Shown here: positions 18,317 through 24,723 of the stretch, piece after piece
Numbering within the stretch: the first letter of the stretch is position 1
Layout of the letters: every line of letters begins with the position of its first letter
DNA from: a virus
Taxonomy: Duplodnaviria > Caudoviricetes
Length of the DNA stretch: 31,228 nt
Virus record (IMG/VR): IMGVR_UViG_3300037461_000157
Coordinates: 1 to 31,228 of that record
Reading direction: 5' to 3' (one strand)
Made by a program: the position numbers and the translations under genes
Notes under the pieces: model-generated
What the model was told of the DNA's origin: nothing
Databases searched by the model: none
What the model saw: only the letters and a program-made list of their open reading frames with translations

Positions 18317-18522
18317 CTCGCCAGATCCTCCTCCGCCAGTTGGCCGAAGCCCGCGAGATCGGGGACCGCGCCGCCGTGACGATGCTGCTGGCCCGCATTA
18401 AGGCCGAGGAGCGCCGGAACACGGCTGCCGCCCTGTCCGCCCGTCCTGGTGGCTTGGCGGGCCGCGTGGGGCCAACGGGGCCGCTTTCCGAGCTGGAGCT
18501 GCTGTACCGCTTCGGCCGCTGA
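18313..18522 (+). CDS. Hypothetical protein
   Basis: GGGAG RBS; ATGA overlap with the XRE gene. Confidence 0.55.
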   Translation: MTRQILLRQLAEAREIGDRAAVTMLLARIKAEERRNTAAALSARPGGLAGRVGPTGPLSELELLYRFGR

Positions 18523-18552
18523 TCCCCCAACGGCAAAGCCAAGGGAGAACGC

Positions 18553-19317
18553 ATGGCACGCACCATCAAGGCACCCGTAGCGGTCGGCCTCTGCCGGGAC
18601 GAGTACCACCGCTACTTCTGGAACGGGGAGGGGCCGCTCGTCTCCCCGACGACCGTCGCGAAGGTCATCTACTCGTACCCGCTGGAGCGCTGGAAGCTCG
18701 AAGGCGTCGCCCGTCGAGCGATCCGCGACCACGACCTCATCACCGTCCTGCGCGAGCGCGGCGACGAAGAGGCAGCGATCCGGCTCCTGCTCGACTCCAA
18801 GGATGAGTCGACGGCAGCCCGTGACCGCGGCACCGCCTTCCATGCCTGGGCCGAAGTGGTCAACCGCGACGAGCCGGCCATCGCGCCCGAGGGGCTCGAG
18901 GGAGAGGTCTTCGGCTACCTCCGCTGGCGGGATGCCGCGAAGCCCGAATGGCTGGCCGTCGAGTCGCTGGTGGCGAGCCTCAAGTACCGCTATGGCGGAA
19001 CCCTCGACGGTATCTGCCGGCTCGACGGCCAAGTCTGGCTGATCGACGTGAAGACCTCCAAGAGCGTCGCCGACAAGAACGGCGCGGTCTGGAAGGACTA
19101 CCGCCTCCAGCTCTCGGCCTACGCGAACGCCGAGTTCATCGGGCGCCCCAACGATCCCAAGAAGTACCGCATCCCTCCGATCGAGCGCTTCGGGATCGTC
19201 CATGTCACCGCGTCGGAGACGCGGCTGGTGGAGGCGCGGGTGACGCGCTCCGACTGGCTCGCCTTCCTCCAGGCGCTTGCCCTCCAGCGATGGATGAAAG
19301 AGGAGACCGCCGCGTGA
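18553..19317 (+). CDS. PD-(D/E)XK exonuclease (RecE/Cas4-like recombination nuclease)
   Basis: HRY, SPTT, ARDRGTAFH, YGGTLDG...LIDVKTSK, LQLSAYANA. Confidence 0.88.
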   Translation: MARTIKAPVAVGLCRDEYHRYFWNGEGPLVSPTTVAKVIYSYPLERWKLEGVARRAIRDHDLITVLRERGDEEAAIRLLLDSKDESTAARDRGTAFHAWAEVVNRDEPAIAPEGLEGEVFGYLRWRDAAKPEWLAVESLVASLKYRYGGTLDGICRLDGQVWLIDVKTSKSVADKNGAVWKDYRLQLSAYANAEFIGRPNDPKKYRIPPIERFGIVHVTASETRLVEARVTRSDWLAFLQALALQRWMKEETAA

Positions 19318-19628
19318 GCCTGACCTGCCCGTACTGTCACCAGCCCTTCACCCTCTTCGCGGTGTCGATCCCGGCGGCAGCCGCCGCGACCACCGTGCCC
19401 GAGCCGACCCCCACGACGCCGTGGCTCTGCCCGGTCCATCGCACCTCCAAGATCGTGCCGGCGGGAACCTCGCGGGCCACCGGCAAGACCTATACGGCCT
19501 TCTGGGCGTGCACCGAGCGCGACTGCCAGCAGCGCCCGCCCCGCGGCTACCCGGTGCCGCTCGGCGCCCCGGCGTCCGTCGCCCCTGAGCCGTTCCCCGA
19601 GACGAGCGGGCTGGAAGAGCTGATCTGA
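19314..19628 (+). CDS. Zinc-ribbon protein (recombination-associated)
   Basis: GTGA overlap and AGGAG RBS; CPYC, CPVH...AGTSRATGKTY.AFWAC...C. Confidence 0.7.
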   Translation: MSLTCPYCHQPFTLFAVSIPAAAAATTVPEPTPTTPWLCPVHRTSKIVPAGTSRATGKTYTAFWACTERDCQQRPPRGYPVPLGAPASVAPEPFPETSGLEELI

Positions 19629-19864
19629 TGAAGCCCTCCACCCGCCAAGTGCTCGCACTCCTGCGTGAGCAGGGCGTCGACGGCGTGACCCCGGCGCTCG
19701 CCCTGTCCGAAGTCGGCACCATGCGGCTCGCCGCCCGGATCGCCGAGCTGCGGGCCGAGGGCCACGACATCGTCAACGTCGGCTGGACGACGCCGACGGG
19801 CAAGCACGTCGCCCGGTACGTCCTCCGTGAGCGCCAGCAGTTGACGCTCGGAGTGGCGTCGTGA
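19628..19864 (+). CDS. Winged-helix DNA-binding protein (HTH_39-like)
   Basis: T...AL...G.MRLAARIAELR.EG..I...W...GKHVARY. Confidence 0.8.
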   Translation: MKPSTRQVLALLREQGVDGVTPALALSEVGTMRLAARIAELRAEGHDIVNVGWTTPTGKHVARYVLRERQQLTLGVAS

Positions 19865-20178
19865 GCCGCCTTGCGCGCTTCTGGTACCTCGTCGGCCATA
19901 CGCCAGTCGGCACCGATGACGTGGCCGTCTGGTCAGACAACCTGGAGCCGATCGAAGCACGCCGCGTCGGCAACACGCAGATCGGCGACGTGAGCGTATC
20001 GACCGTGTTCCTCGGCGTTGACCACGAGTTCTACGGCGGCCCGCCGCTCCTGTTCGAGACGATGATCTTCGGCGGCCCGCAGGACGAGTTCTGCGAGCGG
20101 TACTCGACGTGGGAAGAGGCCGAGGCCGGGCACGCCCGCATCGTCGCCGCCGTTGAGGCGGGAGAGGTGGCGTCGTGA
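19861..20178 (+). CDS. Conserved phage hypothetical protein
   Basis: VSTVFLG.DH...GPPLLFETMIFGG...RYSTWEEA.AGH, a motif I recognise from phage hypotheticals. Confidence 0.75.
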   Translation: MSRLARFWYLVGHTPVGTDDVAVWSDNLEPIEARRVGNTQIGDVSVSTVFLGVDHEFYGGPPLLFETMIFGGPQDEFCERYSTWEEAEAGHARIVAAVEAGEVAS

Positions 20179-20342
20179 CCACGCCCCTGCGCCCGTGCGG
20201 CCGGGAGCGGTGCCGACTCTGCAACCCCCGGCCCATCCACGACGAGCCGCGAGACACCCTGCCGATGCTGCTGCTCTCGGCGGCCATGCTCGTCCTGCTC
20301 GGCATCTTCGCGTTCGTCCTGCTGCCGGTACTCGTCCTGTGA
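20175..20342 (+). CDS. Small membrane protein (55 aa; not in the ORF track)
   Basis: GTGA overlaps at both ends; MTTPLRPCGRERCRLC...[25 protein letters not shown]. Confidence 0.65.
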   Translation: MTTPLRPCGRERCRLCNPRPIHDEPRDTLPMLLLSAAMLVLLGIFAFVLLPVLVL

Positions 20343-20680
20343 AGCCGGCCTGCATGACTGTCGACGAGTGGGCCATCTGGACTGAAGCCAACGACAAGCT
20401 CTGGGGCGTCCTGCGTTCCGAGTCGCCCTGCCGGGACTGCACGCCGCTCTTCCACCGCGACATGGTGGCGGGCGGCATGTGCGACGGCGTGCCCCTGCCA
20501 GGCGAGCGGCTGTCGGCCAAGGCGGGGCCGAAGTTTCAGTACCACGAGCACACCTACGCCGAGCTGAAAGAGATGCGGGCGGCATACAGCCGCTTCGGCG
20601 CGCCGCCGTCGCTGCTCGTCGAGATCCGGCGGGCGTACTTCCGCGAGCGCGACAGGGATCGCCGGCGGGTGACGGCATGA
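20339..20680 (+). CDS. Cys-motif hypothetical protein (possible metal or Fe-S binding)
   Basis: GTG start overlapping the upstream stop; PACM...PCRDC...GMCDG. Confidence 0.6.
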   Translation: MKPACMTVDEWAIWTEANDKLWGVLRSESPCRDCTPLFHRDMVAGGMCDGVPLPGERLSAKAGPKFQYHEHTYAELKEMRAAYSRFGAPPSLLVEIRRAYFRERDRDRRRVTA

Positions 20681-21603
20681 GCAAGTTGAGTCTCGGGGTG
20701 GAGAAGGCCGCGGCTCGTCACGAACTTATCGCCCGCCCAGACGTAGCCATCGGAACCGTGATTGACCTTCGCATCCCTGACAGCATCCCCGTCCTGACGG
20801 GCGTGCTCGACAGCCTCGGCGGCGCGATCGCCAAGGGCGGCTGGTGGACGGCCGCCGCGGTGTACGCGTGGACGGAGCCGCAGCAGGGCAAGCGAACGGA
20901 CCTCGTCGGGATTCCGACGAAGTTGAGCCTCTCCGACTTCGCTGACTTGCGCGTTCGCGGACTCCGCGGCCGCGAGGAAGTGGGCAAGTACCGCGGCAAG
21001 TGGGAGCGGGCAATCGAGTTGGGATGGGCGCGCCCAGTCGCCCCCGGAGACGACGTTGGGCTTCCTGAGCAGGACTTCGACGACCCGGAGCTTGACCCCG
21101 GCGGCATGGCCCACGTCGGGCAGAACAGCGGCGAGAACGAGTGGTACACGCCCGCCGCCTACATCGCGGCGGCCCGCGCCGTCATGGGCGGCATCGACCT
21201 CGACCCGGCGTCCACGCTCGTCGCCAACGAAGTCGTCGGAGCGACGGCCATCTTCACGGCGGAAGACAACGGGCTGGAACAGCCGTGGCGGGGCTGCGTA
21301 TGGATGAACCCGCCATACGCCCAGCCGCTCGTCGGCCAGTTCACATCGAAGCTCGTCGAGGAGTTCACCCACGGCAACGTCGAGCAGGCGTGCGTTCTGG
21401 TGAACAACGCGACCGAGACGGGCTGGTTCCAGCCGGTCGCTCTCATCGCCTCGGCCATCTGCTTCCCGGCTGGGCGCGTGAAGTTCTGGCACCCGGAACG
21501 CGAGTCCGCGCCGCTGCAAGGGCAGGCCGTCCTATATCTCGGCGCGGCCGTCGAGTCCTTCCACGCCGAGTTCAGCGGCTTCGGATTCACGGTGACGAGA
21601 TGA
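20677..21603 (+). CDS. DNA N6-adenine methyltransferase (phage Dam-like) with N-terminal extension
   Basis: NEWYTP, IDLDPAS, DNGL, WMNPPY, NNATET.WFQ, GRVKF. Confidence 0.92.
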   Translation: MSKLSLGVEKAAARHELIARPDVAIGTVIDLRIPDSIPVLTGVLDSLGGAIAKGGWWTAAAVYAWTEPQQGKRTDLVGIPTKLSLSDFADLRVRGLRGREEVGKYRGKWERAIELGWARPVAPGDDVGLPEQDFDDPELDPGGMAHVGQNSGENEWYTPAAYIAAARAVMGGIDLDPASTLVANEVVGATAIFTAEDNGLEQPWRGCVWMNPPYAQPLVGQFTSKLVEEFTHGNVEQACVLVNNATETGWFQPVALIASAICFPAGRVKFWHPERESAPLQGQAVLYLGAAVESFHAEFSGFGFTVTR

Positions 21604-22073
21604 CAAGTTCGCGGCTTCAGAAGCGCCCGACGTGTGGGCAGCACTGGCCCGACGACGACGAGCACGCGACTCGCGCGTTCGGCTGGGTGGATCCCCTGCC
21701 ACGGAAGATCACCGTGAGCAACATCGACGGCATCATCCATGACGGCGCGACGGGGATCGACCGCTTCCTTGTCCTAGAGTCGAAGCACCTGAGCGAGCCC
21801 GTCAAGCCCGGCCAACTGCGGCTGCTGAAGGCGCTGGCCGCCGTCCCCAACTTCGCTGTCCGCATCCTGCGGGGCACGCCCGAGATGATGGTGAAGGAGA
21901 CGGTGACGCCCGAGGGTGTCTTCGGCGCCGAGTCCATGACCGCTGCTGCTGCCCGAGCGGGCATCGTCCGCTGGATCGACCCCGCGTATCCCGTTGAGGT
22001 TCGCACCAGCGTCGCCCCGTCCGCGGGCCGGTTCGATCCCTTCGACGAGCTGGACGTGGATTGGCCAGCATGA
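21600..22073 (+). CDS. Putative PD-(D/E)XK nuclease
   Basis: SNIDG...FLVLESK...GQLRLLKAL; ATGA-coupled. Confidence 0.6.
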   Translation: MTSSRLQKRPTCGQHWPDDDEHATRAFGWVDPLPRKITVSNIDGIIHDGATGIDRFLVLESKHLSEPVKPGQLRLLKALAAVPNFAVRILRGTPEMMVKETVTPEGVFGAESMTAAAARAGIVRWIDPAYPVEVRTSVAPSAGRFDPFDELDVDWPA

Positions 22074-22627
22074 GCCGCGAGGACGGCTTCGACGTGGCCG
22101 ACGTGGCGACCGGCCACCTGGACGACCCCAAAGTCAAGGCGCTCTGGCGGGCTGTGGCGCCCGACCAGGACCGCATGAGCCGCGCCCTGACGCTGCACCT
22201 GTCCGTCCTGCTCGCCTCGTGGCGGCAGGGTGCCCGCGTCACCGTCGCCGAAGCCGTGCCCGTGTGGCTCGACCCGGACGCGGAGCTGGTGGCGACGTTG
22301 CAGGCCGTCGGCCTGCTCGACAGGACCGGGAAGTTGCCGACGCGCTCATGGAAGGGCTGGTTTGGGCCGGCGTGGGAGCGCCGGGAAGCCCGCCGGGAGG
22401 CTGGACGGCTCGGCGGCATGCGCTCCGGGACGGCTCGGCGAAGCAATGCTGAAGCACCGCTTGAAGCCATGCGAAGCAATGCTGAACCCGACCGGCCGAC
22501 AGGCCGGTCCGTCCGTACCGTCCGACAGGACCGTCCGTCGCGCGAGAACGTGCCGTCAAACGGCACGAAGAGCGACGGAATGACGGCCGTCCGCGAGACG
22601 GTGGCGGCGCTGGGGCTGGCGAAGTGA
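22070..22627 (+). CDS. Putative replication initiator
   Basis: DDPKV N-terminus, R..RREAGRLGG motif, and internal iteron-like DNA repeats as in lambda O-type initiators. Confidence 0.65.
   Translation: MSREDGFDVADVATGHLDDPKVKALWRAVAPDQDRMSRALTLHLSVLLASWRQGARVTVAEAVPVWLDPDAELVATLQAVGLLDRTGKLPTRSWKGWFGPAWERREARREAGRLGGMRSGTARRSNAEAPLEAMRSNAEPDRPTGRSVRTVRQDRPSRENVPSNGTKSDGMTAVRETVAALGLAK
22438..22540 (+). repeat. Iteron-like repeats, putative replication origin
   Basis: GCGAAGCAATGCTGAA at 22438 and 22471; GAAGC at 22440, 22451, 22463, 22473 (10-12 bp period); followed by CCGT(C/A) repeats. Confidence 0.7.
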
Positions 22628-23244
22628 CCGACCTAGACCGCCTCCCGTTCCATGACGGCCACGAGTCCCCGCCCACGCCCAACGGCGCGAAGGGCGCGAA
22701 GCCCTGCAAGCACCACCACCTCCTGCGCCGTTTCGTCGTCACGGACTTCGCGACGCACCCCGTCACGGGCTACAGCGAGTGCGGTCGGTGTCATGCGCGG
22801 CTCGACCCTACGGCCGCTCGCCGTGGCCGCAGTTCGGACCGGCTCGGGAAGGACCAGGAACGGCGGATCGAACGGGTCTACGGCCCCCGGAAGGTGGGCG
22901 AGTACGGCGATGCCGTCGACCATCTCGGCCAGGACTTCAAGTGGCAGGCGAAGGCCACCCGGAAGGAACCGCCGAAGTGGCTGGCCGCGATCACCGAACC
23001 GACGTGGCTGGCGATCGTGCCGAAGTCCGTCCTCGACCCGATGGCCCACATGAGTGGGATCGGCGGGATGCGCCGGCCGCTGGTGATCCGATCCTACGTC
23101 CACCAGGGGGTGCCGACCCGCGACTGGCTGTTCCTGATCTGGCACGACTGGTACCGCCTTCATGGCGGCGACCCGCATGGCTACGGCTACATCGTCATGC
23201 CGGGCTCGGCGTTCCTCGAGCTCCACGGGCCGGACGCGGCATGA
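22624..23244 (+). CDS. Putative Holliday-junction resolvase-like PD-(D/E)XK protein with N-terminal Zn motif
   Basis: RGR...GKDQERRI, VD, WQAK motifs; CxH...CxxC. Confidence 0.55.
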   Translation: MTDLDRLPFHDGHESPPTPNGAKGAKPCKHHHLLRRFVVTDFATHPVTGYSECGRCHARLDPTAARRGRSSDRLGKDQERRIERVYGPRKVGEYGDAVDHLGQDFKWQAKATRKEPPKWLAAITEPTWLAIVPKSVLDPMAHMSGIGGMRRPLVIRSYVHQGVPTRDWLFLIWHDWYRLHGGDPHGYGYIVMPGSAFLELHGPDAA

Positions 23245-23966
23245 CCCGCCCGGTCCTGCTCGACCTGTTCTGCGGTGCCGGTGGAGCCGCAGTCGGCTAC
23301 CACCGTGCAGGCTTCGACGTGATCGGCGTGGACATCAGGCCGCAGCCGCACTACCCGTTTGAGTTCATCCAGGCGGACTGGGAGGAACCCCTCTGGACCC
23401 TGCCCGGATTGTGGGAACGCGAGGGTCGGCCCTACGCCATCCACGCCTCACCGCCATGCCAGGCGTACTCGACCATGACGAAGCGTTGGGCGCGATCCGA
23501 CGAACACCCCGATCTTATCGGCCCGGTGCGCGAGCACCTAGAGGCCATCGAAGCGCCGTTCGTGATTGAGAACGTCGTCGGGGCGCCGCTGGTCGACGCC
23601 ACGATGCTCTGCGGCTCGATGTTCGGACTCGGGGCTGAGGGCTTCCAGCTTCGGCGGCATCGCCTGTTTGAGCCGCACGGCTTCGACCTCTGGCCGCCGG
23701 CCGGCTGCAATCACGAGGGCCAGGCGCTCCCGGTCTATGGGCACCCCGGCGGGTCGTCGAAGCGCGACGGGCTAAAGTTCCCCGGCACGTCGGCATGGAG
23801 GGCCGGCATGGGCATCGACTGGATGACCACGCCGGAACTCACCGAGAGCATCCCGCCAGCGTTCACGGAATGGGTCGGCGCGCCCCTGCTCCGGGCCGCT
23901 CAGGACGCGATCGGTGTCCTGTTCGCCGGAACCGTCGGGGACTTCCTCGACGAGCTGGGCGCATGA
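23241..23966 (+). CDS. DNA C5-cytosine methyltransferase
   Basis: LDLFCGAGG, ASPPCQ, VIENV, RRHRLFE, ESIPPAFTEWVG. Confidence 0.92.
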   Translation: MTRPVLLDLFCGAGGAAVGYHRAGFDVIGVDIRPQPHYPFEFIQADWEEPLWTLPGLWEREGRPYAIHASPPCQAYSTMTKRWARSDEHPDLIGPVREHLEAIEAPFVIENVVGAPLVDATMLCGSMFGLGAEGFQLRRHRLFEPHGFDLWPPAGCNHEGQALPVYGHPGGSSKRDGLKFPGTSAWRAGMGIDWMTTPELTESIPPAFTEWVGAPLLRAAQDAIGVLFAGTVGDFLDELGA

Positions 23967-24142
23967 CGACGCCCCGGACGCCCCAGCGACTCGGCGCGGT
24001 AGCGCTCGACCTCGCCCGGCGTGACGACCCACGTCTTCCCGACGAGCGTGGCGCGCAGCCGTCCGTTGCGGACCTGAGAACGCAGAGTGGCGGGCGACAC
24101 CCCGAGGGATGCGCCCGCCTGAGCGAGTGTGATCTCGCGCAT
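23900..24142 (-). CDS. HTH_17 (MerR/excisionase-like) DNA-binding protein
   Basis: ITLAQAGASLGVSPATLRSQVRNGRLRATLVGKTWVVT..EVERY; GRPGRR tail. Confidence 0.85.
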   Translation of the reverse strand: MREITLAQAGASLGVSPATLRSQVRNGRLRATLVGKTWVVTPGEVERYRAESLGRPGRRHAPSSSRKSPTVPANRTPIAS

Positions 24143-24352
24143 CGGTCAGAAGCCCCGCACCATCCGGCGGGTCGTCTCCTGGTTCTCGCGCATCGTCCGG
24201 TCCTGGAGGGCTCGGTACTCAGCGGCGGCCTTGCGGTCGGCATCGGCTGCGGCGCGCATTCGGGCTTCCGTCGTGGTCGGGGTCTGCTCGGTGGTCTTCA
24301 TGCCAGCAATCTACACGGTAGCGCGCAGTTTGTCAAGTGGGCAATCGCATGA
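23963..24352 (+). CDS. Possible filler ORF antisense to the leftward cassette (129 aa)
   Basis: Starts by ATGA overlap with the methylase stop and ends by ATGA overlap with the next + gene; protein looks like a shadow translation. Confidence 0.35.
   Translation: MTTPRTPQRLGAVALDLARRDDPRLPDERGAQPSVADLRTQSGGRHPEGCARLSECDLAHRSEAPHHPAGRLLVLAHRPVLEGSVLSGGLAVGIGCGAHSGFRRGRGLLGGLHASNLHGSAQFVKWAIA
24146..24301 (-). CDS. Small helical protein (51 aa, MKTTEQTPTTTEARMRAAADADRKAAAEYRALQDRTMRENQETTRRMVRGF; not in the ORF track)
   Basis: Leaderless ATG 6 nt after a -10 box; GC3-biased codons; stop 3 nt before the HTH_17 start. Confidence 0.75.
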   Translation of the reverse strand: MKTTEQTPTTTEARMRAAADADRKAAAEYRALQDRTMRENQETTRRMVRGF

Positions 24353-24723
24353 CCGCCCTCGTCGCCGCGGCCATGCTCGCCGACCTCCTCACCTTCGCCG
24401 CCGTCATCGAAACCGTCGGCATCGGCGCCGAGCAGAACCCCGTCATGGCGAGCGGCTACACCCAGGGCGGCATCGTCGCCGTCGCCGCCCTCAAGCTCAC
24501 CGCCCTCGCCGCCATCGTCCTGCTCGTCGCCCGCGTCCGCCGTCCCCGGCTGCGCGTCCTCGCGGCGGGCATCGCCATCGTCGTCGGCGTGACGGGCGCC
24601 GCGAGCAACGTCACCGCCTGGGCGCAGACGTCGGGACAGGGCAACCCGGCAGCGGGCGGAGCAGGTGCGGCGGTCGCTGCGGGACCGGCCGAGGTCGATC
24701 CCGCAGTTGACGCATCGGCTCAT
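24298..24723 (-). CDS. C4 zinc-finger protein with C-terminal tail antisense to a membrane-protein gene
   Basis: CVNCG...RSDRRTCSARCRVALSRR; ATG directly follows the upstream TAG; stop overlaps the ATG at 24301. Confidence 0.65.
   Translation of the reverse strand: MSRCVNCGIDLGRSRSDRRTCSARCRVALSRRLRPGGDVARGARHADDDGDARREDAQPGTADAGDEQDDGGEGGELEGGDGDDAALGVAARHDGVLLGADADGFDDGGEGEEVGEHGRGDEGGHAIAHLTNCALPCRLLA
24301..24336 (-). promoter_or_regulatory. Leftward sigma70-type promoter, leaderless transcript
   Basis: Minus strand TTGACA(24336-24331)-17 bp-TAGATT(24313-24308)-6 bp-ATG(24301). Confidence 0.85.

Noticed and set aside
424-23226. Many long minus-strand ORFs (e.g. 424-1992, 2466-3509, 10922-12310, 18016-19203, 20554-21519)
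   Set aside because: Codon-aligned shadows of clear + strand genes in GC-rich DNA; no motifs, SD or promoters, unlike the 23900-25158 unit.
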